A stretch of DNA of 63,287 bases, counting the filler, from Gonapodya sp. JEL0774 (taxonomy: Eukaryota), in assembly GCA_027604505.1 (NCBI GenBank). It is 34 parts of 34 records of this genome, joined end to end, with 100 filler letters (N's around TTAATTAATTAA, not from the genome) between each part and the next. Parts side by side here need not be neighbours in the genome. Positions count along the whole stretch, not along the records: positions 11,236 to 13,007 come from JADIIX010002631.1; positions 13,108 to 14,878 come from JADIIX010002632.1; positions 14,979 to 16,749 come from JADIIX010002633.1; positions 16,850 to 18,619 come from JADIIX010002634.1; positions 18,720 to 20,488 come from JADIIX010002635.1; positions 20,589 to 22,356 come from JADIIX010002636.1; positions 22,457 to 24,224 come from JADIIX010002637.1; positions 24,325 to 26,092 come from JADIIX010002638.1; 26 more parts are not named here. One strand, 5' to 3'. The notes below the pieces were generated by a model that did no database searches, was not told the origin of the DNA, and worked only from the letters and a program-made list of their open reading frames with translations. The translations under genes were made by a program, and so were the position numbers. Positions within the stretch are counted from its first letter, which is position 1; the number at the start of each line of letters is the position of its first letter. Shown here piece by piece: positions 11,754 through 25,326 of the stretch.

Positions 11754-13007
11754 ATGTCTGACACAATCCGTATAACGTCTGACGGCTTTAAAAAGGCCGT
11801 GGGTGTTCTTGAGGACGCCGCGAAGTTTCGGAAGTGGAAGAAACGGGCAGAAGTGGAGTTCCAGGCGTTGGATGTGATGGAGATTGTGGATGGGACGGAG
11901 CCATGCCCAACAGACAACGGCACCGAGAAGACGCTCTGGGAGCGCAAAAATCGCATGATCCGCGCCGCAATCTTTGCGGTAGTGTCCCCCAATCTCGACG
12001 GGCCATTAGATGCTTCGAAATCTGCTGCAGACAACTGGAAATCGCTCCAAACAGCCTACGCGCCTCGTCTAGTTGGCAAACGTCACAGTATCATGACGAT
12101 CATCCAGTCTACACGCCTCACAGGTACAATTGCCGAGCTGGAACGTACCCTTGGCGATTTGTTCGCCCAAGCCGCAGATCTCGACCCTGATCACCCAATC
12201 TCCGAGACGGATCAAATCCAGCACTTCCTCGCCGCGGTAAAGAGCGAGTACCCAATGGAGACTGCAATTCAGTTCAGCAAAGTTGACGCGAGGTACATCG
12301 AGGTGGTGCAGGCGTTTCGCGCTGCGGAAGGGCAGAAGAAGGCAGAGGCACAGGCGCAGATGGCAATGGCGGCTGCGAACAACGTAAACAGCAACGGCGA
12401 GGTGTGCTATGAGTGCGGGAGGCCTGGTCACTTCGCTCGTGAGTGCAGGTCACGTCGTTGTCACAACTGTGGCCAAGTTGGTCATCTTCAAGCGGGGTGC
12501 ACGGCGGGTAGAGGGAACGGAGCGCAGAATGCGTTCGGAGGCAGGGGAGGACCAGCGAGAGGTCGTGGGCGTGGTGGACGTGGTGGACGTTGGGGTTTTG
12601 GTCGTGGTCGCGGAAGGGGAGCAGCTAATCATGTTGAAAATGTGGACACTAGCGAGAATACATACGTGAGTGACGAGTACTTTTCGCGCGAAAAAGTGGG
12701 ATCTAAGGGCTCAGAGAAGAGCCAAAACGGGGACGTTTCGAAATTTTTGGCGCAGGGGTCCGGAAGCCCGCCCCCCCCCTCCCCCCCTGCCGAGGACTCT
12801 GGGGGGTCCCTGCCCTCCCTTTGTCTTTGGCGGGGGGAGCGGGGGGGCGGGCATGAACATGCCCATGTGAAAATGGAGAGTTTCGAAAAGTCCAGGTCTT
12901 CCTGGCCGACACCACCCACAACTCCACCTGCAGCAAATTGGGGTGCGGGGGTGTCGAAGGAAGAAGGCCTTAGTCCCCACAAGGGACCTTGCAAAGACCC
13001 CGTTGCA
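11754..13007 (+). mobile_element. gag: Ty1/copia gag (UBN2-type gag, two CCHC knuckles, RGG tract), truncated
   Basis: F.KW...E..F......IVDGTE.CP gag start; CYECGRPGHFAREC and CHNCGQVGHLQAGC; follows LTR and PBS. Confidence 0.9.
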
Positions 13008-13107
13008 NNNNNNNNNNNNNNNNNNNNNNNNNNNNNNNNNNNNNNNNNNNNTTAATTAATTAANNNNNNNNNNNNNNNNNNNNNNNNNNNNNNNNNNNNN
13101 NNNNNNN

Positions 13108-13221
13108 AGTCGCTCGAACGAGAAGCTCCTTGTCAGGCTCATCAATAATGTGTGAATGAGTGTCGAAAATCTTTTGCCAGAGTGACCAAGAGGCGTCGGG
13201 GGTGGGTGGGACGTCACTCAT
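13108..13221 (-). CDS. TatD/Scn1-like metallo-hydrolase, N-terminus
   Basis: MSDVPP...IFDTHSH, a DxHxH motif near the N-terminus; only 38 codons are visible. Confidence 0.5.
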
Positions 13222-13503
13222 GTGAGAAAATAAGAGAACAGCTGCTGCTACATTGCCGGGCAACGTGCGTCGCCAACCCGCGCAGTCCTTCGAGGAACAA
13301 TAGGAAAATTCCACCCTGTTAGCATGATATGTGAAGAATGACTGTGGAATCGAGTGATTCTGTCGACAAGAATGAATCAATATTCGGTGATCGATAACAA
13401 CCATGATCAAGGTGTGTTCCGAGAACTCTGTCTCAATTGTACATATATTATAGAATTGCGTCAACATGAGATTCCTAGTCCGGACCGTTCGCCATCTAAA
13501 ACG

Positions 13504-14832
13504 CTATGGCACCCCCCTTGAACCCTTTCGCGACCAAGTCCTCGTACTGACCCTTGCTCTTTGGGTCATAGAAGGGAACCTCGGCGTGCGGGGTAACGCG
13601 AACACCGTGTCGCCGCGCGGGGAAGTAATCGTTGATAGCGTAGTGGATGGTCTGGAGCAGCACCAGAGGGTCAATATTGCACCGCTCTCGTCTTCATCAT
13701 AAACTCACATTGCGGTTGTCCCAAACTGCGACAGTGTTGCGCTTCCAGTTGAGGCGAACCTTGAAATCCTCGCCGTTGGCGATGTGGTTGAAAAGGTACT
13801 GCAGGACGCGATCTGATTCGAGTTATTTTATGTGAGATTAAATGTTTCCAACTAAAGAGCAATACAAGCACGCGATACTTACCAGAAACGTCCTTCGGTA
13901 AGCCTACAATTCTCGTGGTGAACTGCGGGTTGACATAGAGCGCCTTCCACCCCGTGACCGGGTGAGTGCGAACGATGGGGTGCTCATGCTCGACGGGCTC
14001 GCGCTTGAGCGGGTTGCCAGCTTTGACAGCGTTCTCGGATTGTTCCTAGAAATCAATGCAGGTTGAATCTTGTGAGCCGAAACCTCGAACGCCATTTGCA
14101 AGCACTTGAATCACCACGTACCACGCCGCTGTGGATTGCCGTCCGCCCCTCGATCAGCTCTTTGTATTCTACAGGCAGCGTCTCGTACGCTTGATACGTG
14201 TTGACCCAGAGAGTGTCTCCACCGACGAGTGGCACGGTAACTTGCTTAAGAGTTGTTACGCCCGGAGGTTGTCGCTCGTACGACACGTCTGTGTGCCAAA
14301 GGCGCAGGCGGGGGTAGCCGGTGGCAAATTGATCGCGAGATCTAGAAAAAAAGTGGTAATAAAACTAAGTAGCTGAGTGAATGGAGATAAGAAGGCGGCT
14401 CACTTCTCATCGGCGTACACCACATGAACTTCTGGATACCCCTTCGGTGAGCCAGTCGTGTGGTGGGTGTGAAGAGGGCCATAATAACGGCCGAGTGCAA
14501 GTTGCTCGTCGACATTGATATCTTGATCTGCATTTAAAATCGTTGCGTTCAGAAGTTATCAGATATCAATTATTGGGGCGTGGAGAGGCTCACCCCGGAA
14601 GAACACCACACCGCGCTCAGCGGCCAGGAGAGCGAGTTCGTCTTTCTGCTTATCCGTCAGATTGTTGAGTTGAATACCATGTAGCTCGGTCCCGATGTTT
14701 GGTGTGAGGTGTATAATCTACGACGCGAACTCCGTGATGTTCAGCGACTGGAAACGACGAAGAATAATAGGATCCGTACCTTGGTGGCAGCTGAGAGTAG
14801 TGCAGTCTTCTTCGGATCGGCGTGGTGTGCAC
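13504..14832 (-). CDS. TauD/TfdA family alpha-ketoglutarate-dependent (sulfonate) dioxygenase, multi-exon
   Basis: LTPNIGTELHGIQL..L...QKDELALLAAERGVVFFR, WHTDVSYERQPPG, GGDTLW, VAVWDNR and RHGVRVTP motifs; stop at 13504. Confidence 0.93.
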
Positions 14833-14978
14833 CTGCAAGGGGGCGACAATACTGTTGCTCAGCTGACATACGAAATGCNNNNNNNNNNNNNNNNNNNNNN
14901 NNNNNNNNNNNNNNNNNNNNNNTTAATTAATTAANNNNNNNNNNNNNNNNNNNNNNNNNNNNNNNNNNNNNNNNNNNN

Positions 14979-16749
14979 TTGGTCGGACATGACGGTATTG
15001 GCGTGGTATTGTCCGTTCATGTCAGGATTCACTTGGAGGGGAACAAAGTAATGGAGAAACCAGCCCATGCCATAGCCAACAACAGATAACTTACATGATA
15101 TTCGGGCATTAATGACTTCTGTTGTAGGGTAGGCAGGGTATACAGGGTAAGCGGGGTAGCCTCCGTACCCTGGTGGACTGTACATTTGTGGAGCATAGCT
15201 TTGATAAATTGGCGCAGACACTGCACGCTGGTGAAAACCAGAATCGTATCCATCATATTCCAATAGGTGACCTGTATGGGAATTGTAGGAATGCAATTAA
15301 AGCCAAAAGTGCCATCGACATGAAAATGCGCTGCAACCATAATCGCTCACTGTTGCTTGGCTGTTGGAACCCCGATTCCTCTCTCATCGCTTGCACACGC
15401 TCCTCCTGGGCTTTGAGAGCGTCTTCCATGCCAAAGATCCGTTCTGCCAACGCGTACATCTCCTCCCGCGTTTGTTTGTGGGCGTTCCGTTCATCCTCGA
15501 GCTCGTCGGCAAGCTGCATAGTCTGTCGGCCAAGTTGAGCTTGCGCAGGAACGAGTTGACCCGATTCAGGGTCGCCAGGTGTCCAGAGTTCCAAAGCGAG
15601 AGGCTGAGCCAACGAAGGTAGGAACGGTTATGATGGAGCGACGAAACTAGCAAGAGCATGCAAAACATACTTGAGCTTGATTAACGGGCCCAGGACTCGC
15701 TGTTCTTTCGATGAGTTGCTCCTGGAATCGTTCCAGTTGCGCCCTCAATTCGCCGTTGGCCTCCTTCACGTTGTCCAGCTCCGAGTTCATCTGGTCCCAG
15801 TCTCGGATTTTGCGCGCGAGCTCAGTTTTGAGAGTTTCCAGCTGTACAAGTTTAATATATTCGTCAGGGAGGGGAAATAAAGGATGGGAGAAGAATCACC
15901 AGTATCACACGCACATCTGAAATCTCGGTCCGGAGCGTCTCGATAAGACCTGTCTGCGTTTCAATATCTTTTGCAAGACGTTCCGTATTGTCCATTGTCA
16001 TTCGTTCCGTTTCTATCGAAGTCAACATACCAAGTTGGTTGGGCGGCTGTGTGAGAATGCCGTTTGCATATCGTGGACACCCATGGGAAAAGTCACCCAC
16101 CCTCCAATTGCTGCCGCCAGTGCGTTTCCGTTTCCTTGACTGTAGCCTTCAAAGTATTCCATTGGCCGACATTCTTTTGTAGTTCTCCGGATATCTGCAA
16201 CAAAGGAGTTGGGTGAGATCACAAAGTGAAGGTTCGGATGCGGATGGAATCTTCACCTCCGAGACTTTGTGAGCAAGCATGTCTTTCTCGTCTTCCAGGG
16301 CGTGAACATATTGTTCGGATTGTGACAGTTTGGTTTGCTTCTCCTATGGACCCATCGTTATCAACTACTGTCACAAGGAGCACAGGTTTCTCGAACACGC
16401 ACACTCAACGCCTTTGAAGTCTGGGTCAGTTTTGCCGCCAGCTCTTCGGCCCTTAATCTCTCTTCTTCGATCTCCCTCTCTAATGCAGAGTTCCTCCTTT
16501 GAAGGTTTTCGAGCTTTCGCTTCACCACTTCCGCCGACGGTTTCCGAGTGCGAGAATCTTCCTCGTTTCCTTCTAAATGTGTTTCCGAAAATTGCTCCCT
16601 GGGGGGTGCAACTTGGGGGAGCGATTGAGCAATACGGTCTGGATGGTGAGGGATCAATAAAGCGAGGAGGGTCAAGAACAAGACACGACACCTCACCAGG
16701 CTCAGCATCCGAGGTATCACTGTTATCTGAATCCAGAGGAATCGGCTTT
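14979..16749 (-). CDS. Coiled-coil protein with a Pro/Tyr-rich C-terminal region, multi-exon fragment
   Basis: E/K/R/L heptad-rich exons (VKRKLENLQRRNSALERE; LADELEDERNAHKQTREE) spliced to ...YAPQMYSPPGYGGYPAY. Confidence 0.6.
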
Positions 16750-18928
16750 NNNNNNNNNNNNNNNNNNNNNNNNNNNNNNNNNNNNNNNNNNNNTTAATTA
16801 ATTAANNNNNNNNNNNNNNNNNNNNNNNNNNNNNNNNNNNNNNNNNNNNCGGCGTTTTTCTCAAGAGCCGATGTAATTAATTTGAAAAACTCCGCGATAG
16901 GGAGCATCTTGCCGGCCCCTTGGGGTCTGCCTTGGAGACACAGCGTGGAGTGGTGTGGCTTTGGAGGGAGGTGTGACTTATCCCGGCTGCTGTGGTCCTC
17001 CTCAATGGGACACACCTCCAAAGCACAACTCGATTGGCTCCCATCCACGAAATCTCTTATAGTTTATACATTCGTCGTTTGACAATTAAATGGGCATAAG
17101 AGGTTGTAGTGGCCAAATTGCAAGCATTAATGTATCCCAAGAGGATGTTCATGTGTTGTTGTGTTGCACTGTTCTGCAGTTTGAGAATGGTCCCCCGTTT
17201 CAGCTCTGTAAGGATTTTTGCGACACAGCCATCGAACTCTCGAAGGCAATCCTCGACAGTCGATCACGGGTTTAATAATTGCACTTTCGACTCGAGTGGT
17301 CCCCTGGCAAAAAAGCACGCCTCCGTGACAACAAAATGAATGGATGGATGGATGAACGAAGAAATGAATGAATGGATGAAAGAACAACGAAGACCGCCCA
17401 CAAAAAACAATCCCCATCACGACAGGGTTGACCCCAGAACCGAACAACCGAAACAACGAACTTCGGCCTTCGACCCCCGACCCTTACGCGCCTCTATGCC
17501 CCCTGCCCCCTGTCTCGCTACCCTTTGCGTCCAGCGTCTCACCCTCCTTCCGCTTCACAGTTCCTTTCCTTTCTCTCCTTTCCTTGCCGTGCCTTACTGT
17601 AACCCGTGCCGCGCCGTTCCCCGGACTCACCCCTCAGGACTGGAGGACTCGATGTGTGACAGGTCGAGTCTGGTGGTCGGGTGGTGGATCGGTGGGGCAG
17701 TCAGGTGGTGGGTCTGGATGCGATGCGGGGGATCGGGGACGGAAACACCGCGGCGGCACGGGCGGTGCTGGTCACGGTGAGGTTTGTACATTCCGGAATG
17801 TAGCATTTTCCATCCAACTCCCACCTCACCCCCACCCACCCCACCCCTGACCCCCTAGCGGACGCCAGACACCACACCCAATACGCTATACTCCCCCATT
17901 ACGCCCCTCCACCCTTCCTCCCTCCCAGCCCCCCGCATCGAATTCCATCGTCGGAGACTGGCGAAATTTCCAAGTACCTTCGACATTCGTTACGCCACGA
18001 GGTCCACGGACGCCGCGTGAGCCGTGAGCCGTGAGCCGGTAGGGCATGTGCGCACTGGTGCGCGATGCGTTGCGCGAAAGGTGAAAAATGCGAGCGGGAT
18101 TTGGGGCGGGTGAAGCGTCCAGGTCTGGGTCGGCAACGGAGTGTAAAACTGGCAGGTGGTGCAGCTCGTGAGTCGCTTGTGGATGTTCGGGAGGTGTGCC
18201 GGGATGAGCGTCAGAGTCGAAATATGGTGTCCATGGCGGGGCGGGACGACGGGCAGGTGGTGCACTCTCGTGAGTATCTCGTGGATATATGAGGAAGGGA
18301 GTGCGTGCGTGGTGAGTGGTTGTGGGTGTGAGAAAAGGAGGGCGGGGTGGTGGTGGTGGGCGGTGGGGGGGGACGGGCGGCACGACACATCACTCGCTCT
18401 GCTTTCCCCAAGCACGCCCGAGCCCGTGTCCCGTCCGAGCGCGAACACCCTGCCCGAGCCAACTCTGGGACGTGACCACCTCAACTTCCGATCCCGAGCC
18501 GACACACTGTGAGCAATTTGCAGATTCGACGGTCGAGTCAGGGAAGCAGCACGGCGCGGGAGAGGGTACTACGGAAAGGAAAGGAAAGGAACAGTGAAGA
18601 GGAAGGAAGGCGAGACAGGNNNNNNNNNNNNNNNNNNNNNNNNNNNNNNNNNNNNNNNNNNNNTTAATTAATTAANNNNNNNNNNNNNNNNNNNNNNNNN
18701 NNNNNNNNNNNNNNNNNNNAAACTTTGTCTTCTCAATCGCGGAACATTTTCAACTTTTCCGCTTTGATTCGTGGCATCTTCTGCCAATCTTCGAACTTCG
18801 TGTTCTTATTCGCATACAAGAGACGTGAAACCGTGGGTTTTATACATTTTTATCGTGCAGTGATCGCATATTCCATTCCATTCTGACAACGATGCTGCGA
18901 CATCTCGCATCAACAATCACAGCCGTCG

Positions 18929-20488
18929 ATGTCCCGCAAAAGGAAAGCTGATCGTACCGTGGACCTCGAATCGAGTGACGACGAGCTAACAAGGCCGAAT
19001 ACCCCAGCTTCGTCGGCTGCGGGGCGCTCCCGATCGTCGAAAAAGGCAGCTGCCCCAACCAAAAGAGCCCGTTCCACTCCGACGAAGACAAACATCAATG
19101 CGGGACAAAAAAGTCGCACTGCGATGCCAACACCGCCAGAAGACTCAGAAGAAGACGAATTGGAGGATGCCGAGATGGTTGTTGAGATAGACACTCGTTC
19201 CAGAACATCAAGGCAGAACGGGTCCTCAAGTTCCATGAGCACCAGTTCTGTCGTTACGGGTCCCAGTACCGCGATGAAAAGTTCTCCTCTGGCTTCTTCC
19301 TCTCGAAAGGCACCAGCTTCCAGTGCATCACGAAAAGACCCTGTGCACGAATCAGACAGCGATTTTGAATCGGATCAACCTGCGCCGCCAAAGCGAAAGG
19401 CTGCTTCGAAAGCCCGAAGCATACGCAAGAGCGTGCCCAGTGTCGCAAACTCGGACTCTGATCTCTCCAATCATTCTGATGTTGCTCTCGACTCCGATTC
19501 CGACCAAGAGCCCGCCAAAACAAAGTCATCATTGAAACGCAAGAATTCCGGGAACGCTTCAAAGTCGAATGGAAGAAATGGTGCAACCTCGACTTCTTCC
19601 TACAAGTCCTCTACGAAATCTACGAAGCCTGGATCCAAACCTCGAAACCCTTCCAAATCGTCCCTCCGCCAGCGGGGTTCTTCTTCCAAACGTAGTGACG
19701 ACAGTGACTTCTCACTTGAAAGCGAACACAAGGCGTCTAGCTCGTCTTTGAGTGATTCTGACAAGGCATCGAACTCCTCCTCGTCAAGCGAAGATGGCAC
19801 AACACAGTCTGGGGCTGCTAGTCGTCCAGCTCCACGCAGAGCCAATGGTGGAGGGAGACGCATGACTCTCGAAGAGCGTTTGCAGAGACGGAAGCAAAGG
19901 GTAAGCCCTCTCGTGCCACCTCAACCGTTCCACTGTCGGAAAATTATTGATTCACGTTGTGTATCGCAATATTCAGATGGACGCCGACTTTCAACGCACT
20001 CTCCAACATCACCCTGAACTGGCCACTACATGGAGCTCGGTAGACTTGACGGCCCCTGTCGAGCACAACACCGCTGAAGAAGCGGAAATGATCGAACAGC
20101 CCTCTCAGCTGATGATTAAACTGCTGCCGTTCCAAAGGGAGGGCGTTGGGTACGTACTTCAATCGCTTTTTTATGAAATCTCGAATTTAATGCTATCGCG
20201 AAATATGCACATTGCAGCTGGATGGTCCGACAGGAGAACGAGACGGAGTATAATGGCGGTATTCTTGCGGACGAAATGGGTACGCACCCTCGTACAATCT
20301 GTTGCGGCAACACATCAAAAGTAACCGCTGTATATTCGCTTCAGGTATGGGAAAAACCCTCCAGGCCATCTCGCTCATCCTTAGGAATCGTCCACCGAGC
20401 ACCGACTCCCTGGCACCAACGCTTGTCCTCACCCCAACTGTCGCTCTCCTGCAATGGCAAGCCGAAATTTCCAAGCACACCGCTGCCA
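18929..20488 (+). CDS. RAD16: Rad16-like SNF2 DNA repair ATPase, N-terminal part
   Basis: S/K-rich N-terminus, then LQHHPEL, KLLPFQREG.GW, GGILADEMGMGKTLQAI and TLVLTPTVALLQW..EI across introns. Confidence 0.88.
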
Positions 20489-20588
20489 NNNNNNNNNNNN
20501 NNNNNNNNNNNNNNNNNNNNNNNNNNNNNNNNTTAATTAATTAANNNNNNNNNNNNNNNNNNNNNNNNNNNNNNNNNNNNNNNNNNNN

Positions 20589-21914
20589 CGGACGTTTGTC
20601 GCGGCATCCGGGGTGGAGGCAGACACATTGTGGCCGTTCTCCCCAGCGGTTTTGTGTGCCTTCGCAGACCCGTGACCATGGCCATGACCCGTGGGTTTGG
20701 ACTCCTCGTGAGCCGGAGCGGTCGCAGCCACCGGTACGGGGCTTGGCGAGGTAGCAGGCGCGGGAGAGGGTCCTCGGCGGGAAGGAGAGGGGCCACGGGA
20801 TGGGTGCGCAGCCTGGACAGGGGCTTGGTATTCTGGGACCGGAACTGATTGCACAGGAGCCGGTTCGGGCTCAGAAGGGACTTGCTGCTCGGCGTAAGTA
20901 TCTTCGACGAGACTTGAGACTGCGCCGTCTGGTCCTCCGAGGTGAACGTCGGCTCCTTCGTAAGCGGACAAATCCTCTTGATCCGCAGTGTCAATATCCT
21001 CCTTCAAAAACCTGAAGATGTCATTGAGTACGAAGTATCCACTGGGCTGTTCAGCAAGGAAGAAGGTCTGAGCGAACTTCTGAGAGGGCCTGCCACGGTT
21101 GGAGAGTTCTCCAAGAACTTGAACGAGGATGCCACCGTTGATGGAGGCTTGGCTGTCAACATTGGACACAAGTACTTTGCAGTCTTGGAAGTCGAGCTCC
21201 GTGATGCGTTGGTGGATTTCCTGAAGAGATCCAGGAGGTGAGAAAAACAGACCAGCGCAAGATCCTTCCATTTTGACAAAATGACGCAGACAAGAGCCAC
21301 CAAAGACCGTGCAAAGTATTTACGGACTGAAGAATAATCAACGGCCACGGAGAATCAGACTTCCCAAGCACACTCTTGGGCCATTGAGGAGGTTGGTGCA
21401 AATTGCGTCCGACCGCACACCTTTCTGACATCACTCGGCCTCATACCACACTCCTATTCAATCCTTAGCGTGAGCCCTGTGCGTAATCCAACTCACCTGT
21501 GTGCCATGGCAGAGCTTAACAGTCTGGGCCTCCGTGCCATGAATGAAGTAAGACTTCTTGTTGTAAAAGTTGTGTAGCTTCTCAGGATTTTTGTTAAGGA
21601 AGGTATAGAACTCTTGGACAAAGAGCCAGCCAACGTGCTTAACGAAATTCGTAAGATGCGGTGCGTTCAAGGAAAGTACCAAGTGACGGGTCAATGTGAG
21701 CAGAGTGAGCGAAAAATGAAACTTCGCAGCAACACAGCGAGAATTGCGACAGACTCGATGTTTCCGCGGCCCGTTTGTACTCTTTTCCGACTCTGTTCGT
21801 CTCTCCGTGTCGGTTCCGCCCCTCAGGCAGGATTTTGCCTCACCGGGCACTGTTGCTTCTACACACCTCGAAGTTGACCGTTTTGACCGGCGCAGCAGCT
21901 GCAGGAGCAGTCAT
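20589..21914 (-). CDS. NTF2-domain G3BP/Bre5/Nxt3-like protein, N-terminal part
   Basis: VGWLFVQEFYTFLNK.PEKLH.FY, GILVQVLGELSN and KFAQTFFLAEQ.SGYFVLNDIFRFL, followed by an acidic/Pro-rich linker; first exon MTAPAAAAPVKTVNFE. Confidence 0.92.
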
Positions 21915-23280
21915 AGCGTCAAAGAGGCCGTTGAGGTTTGAAAAGGGAGATGAAAGCGAACGCTTTCATATCAAATCGAGGAACAATGGCGTATATCAAG
22001 TGGGTTTCCCGGAAGCCACGAGAAGAGCAGCATTTTCGGAGATAAATGTGAATGAATTGAGAATACAGATCTCGCACTCGACGAACTCGGGCGAGATTCG
22101 GGACGCAGAACTCACCAAAGAGTGTGGTTTGTGGGAGACGGTGCAGAGACAGAGAAGATGCTTGTGCACCAACGCGTTGTGCACCAACCATCAGAGTGCC
22201 GGAATACTTGTGCCCAACTATTCTATTGCTTTCATGTCTTCCGTCTGGTTGAAGGAGAAATTAACCGGCTCGTCGAATCCGAGCAAGGATATGAGAGATA
22301 AATGGTGGTGTTTGTGCCTGTGGTTTCATAAAGGTCCCAAAATATTCTGAACTATANNNNNNNNNNNNNNNNNNNNNNNNNNNNNNNNNNNNNNNNNNNN
22401 TTAATTAATTAANNNNNNNNNNNNNNNNNNNNNNNNNNNNNNNNNNNNNNNNNNNNGAAATTTGGGCCAACCAACGTCCTTACTCCTTTTCGAGCAGAAG
22501 AAGATTTGCCGGCACTCAGTCATTGCACATAAAGAACTCCAGTTCTTGGGGACAGGTGTTTGGTGGCACTGGAACCACTTATCGGGGCAAGCGACGGTTT
22601 CGTTTCTGGGTACGAACACTTTTTTAAGCCCCAAGTCAGCGAAACAATACATTCCATGTATTCCGGGGAGCTTCCGAGTGTTCAATATGATATCCGAAGC
22701 GAATCGACTGGTAGGCAGCAATTTCGACAGGCAGAAGAGAGGTTGAGCAAAGCCTCCACCGCCACCGTACCACCCTCCAAATATTGGGACCTGACCCTCA
22801 AGATGGTAGATCTTGGCGTAAATCATTGTGTATCACACAGAAGCATGATAGTGTTCCTCTGAACACTGCGATCATACGGTGGTCTAGCTGCCCCGTTCAC
22901 ATCAGCGCAATCGGCCATCCTGTGAGCGGGTCCCAGGAACAGGTATTTGCAGGTGCACCTGTCTGCCTGGCGGGACAATAATCAACGACTTTTTGCCGGT
23001 AGGATCCATCCCGTCATTGTACTGTTGCCTCTGGCGCTGATAATCACCTCGAGCGCCCTCATTCTTATCGAATCGTCCCCCAGCTCAACTCTACACGCGT
23101 CGCAACTTTCTGCTCCATCAGTCTGCAGCGCTCGTACTCAGCCCCTCACTCCTCTGTCCCGCGAACCTGAAGATCCTTGTGCAGTGAGTGCTCTGCCTGG
23201 TCGTCCCCCATTGTACCTCCCTCGATTACCTGCCATTAATCATACGCTACCTTGTTGCAGACGAGATCAAGAAGAGTGAT

Positions 23281-24224
23281 ATGAATCGAAACGTGAGCCT
23301 ATTATCGTCTTCGCAGTTGCAGCCGACGTCGTGGACGACTAACGCTGTGAACCACCACCAGCCCCTCCTGACTAAACGAGGCTTCTCGCTCTCCGAATCT
23401 CAATCGATGTTGCCTACCACTAGTGCTACTTCATGGGCGTTGGACAGGAAAGATGATGCTTCGTCTTGGGTCAGGGATGCCCCTCTGGGACAACATAACG
23501 GGCAACAGCCGCTTGCTCATTTTGCCGCCACTACCACACTTCCACCTATCCGTGATATCGCTATCCCCAACGACAACTCCAGAAGGCCCCAGTCTCACCC
23601 GATGGACAGAATTCTCCTGGAGAAACTCCCCCGGGATGGCAATTTTCTCTTCTCCAACCAATATCAAGCCGCACCAACACTCCCATCGCCTTCTGTTCTC
23701 CTCAACCAACCGGGCTTCCCCCCGTTGATGCAGCAGCCCATGCGAACAGATTATTTGCAGTACAATAGCAGCGCGAATGTCGATGGACGGCTGCCTCCGA
23801 TCTCATCTTCTGGGTCCTTTTCGTGGATATACGATCATCAGCCAACAGGAACCGCAGACTTTGACGGAGCGTCTGTCGGCAGCACAACCTCAGGAAGCCC
23901 GTCGTCTATCCCTCGGGCACTCTCCGATACAAGTGTTCCCGCATATACTGGCCCCATCACACTCGCAAATTCCTACAGCCCTGCTAGCAGATCGGGATTC
24001 GAATTACAACATGGCAGTTCCGCTTTTCCTCCACCCTCCCCGTTGTACTGGCACCGGCGCGAGAATGAGCAGCAAGTTGTAACCGACCAATTTGATTCGC
24101 ATCAGCTGAATGGCCACATCTCGAATCGCTTCGGCGTCACCCAAAAATATCCAGTTGTGCAAAGTACTCCGGTCGACCGCTATCACCCAGAATCATCCCC
24201 GATGGGATGGGTTCCATCGCAGCA
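23281..24224 (+). CDS. Low-complexity S/P/Q-rich protein, possibly a transcription-factor N-terminus
   Basis: Long open frame with TLPPIRD, TLPSPS and RLPPIS motifs common in fungal TF disordered regions; no DNA-binding domain visible. Confidence 0.5.
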
Positions 24225-25326
24225 NNNNNNNNNNNNNNNNNNNNNNNNNNNNNNNNNNNNNNNNNNNNTTAATTAATTAANNNNNNNNNNNNNNNNNNNN
24301 NNNNNNNNNNNNNNNNNNNNNNNNGGGAGGCCCGGCGCGATGGGTCGGGGGCCGGGGGGGCCGTCCACCCCTCCGCAAACCCCACGGTTACGAAGCTGGA
24401 CCTCACCAACCAGTAACCACGGTGTCGCCCCGGACTCCAGACTCCCAAGACGCCCGGCCCGCCGCCCCCCGCTGTCCTGTGCGATGGTCCTCCCCGCGCC
24501 GTGGTGGCGGTGGACTCGGGGATGTCGGGTGGGTGTCGGGCTCATGGAAAGGTCGTGCGGTGTCGGGTGTGGGTGTGGGGCGTGGGGCACTGGGTGTGTT
24601 CTCGCTCATGACGCTGTTTGGCGATATTTTTTTTTTTGGGGGGGGGGGACTTTTTTAGATAGAAGGAAGGCTTAGACTGGGTACCGCCTGGACCCGTTTG
24701 TTCCGTCTTTTTTTGGTTTCTTTAATACGTAGAGTTTTTACTCGTGATACGGTACGATGGTTACGATGGCTTCGATGGCATATGGGATACACACCTGATC
24801 CACACCTTATCCACCCCGATCCGCCGTCCCAGCTGAACCCGATGGTGGGTGGTGAGAGATNNNNNNNNNNCCCCCCCCCCCCCCCCCCCGGGGGGTGGGC
24901 ACGAGTTTCGGTGAACGGGGCTGCCTTTCTCGAGTCTCACTGGTGTCCGTCCTGTCGAACCAAATTCGTCCAGCTTACGTCGTCCTCCTCCCACACGGGT
25001 CACGGTCTGAAAACACGTTTGGCAGCACATGTGCAAATTGAATGTATACAATCCTTACAATGCGAGGTACATGCGTGTGAACACGTGACATCCAAGACGA
25101 ATCATTCCGTGTTCACTGTTGTGAGCCAACTTGGCACTAACCTCCACAAGCAAACTCGCTGCAGTAGGTTGCTGGGCTGAGTCACGGTGCAACAACCTCT
25201 TGATGAGACTCTTGAGACCACCAGACATGCAACGCGGTTCACTGATAGAAAAGGCGGAAAGGAGGCTCTCTGGAAGGTTTTCCACGCTCTGCCGCTATGA
25301 AAGCAGACTGAATTTCCTTTTACAAA

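Noticed and set aside
15253..15352. C-terminal TM anchor (IFMSMALLALIAFLQF) on the coiled-coil protein
   Set aside because: It lies inside a GTGAGC...ACAG intron whose removal joins in frame to HLLEYDGYDSG.
16850..18619. Many overlapping short ORFs plus (GAAT/GGAT)n and (GAGCCGT)n microsatellites
   Set aside because: GC-skewed low-complexity intergenic DNA; no protein motif or consistent exon structure found.
22457..22862. Cys/His-containing ORFs on both strands
   Set aside because: No recognisable zinc-finger or CxC spacing; coding strand cannot be determined.
24861..24896. Poly-C/poly-G inverted repeat beside an internal N gap (similar homopolymers at 49797-49885)
   Set aside because: Low-quality homopolymers at scaffold gaps; lengths unreliable.
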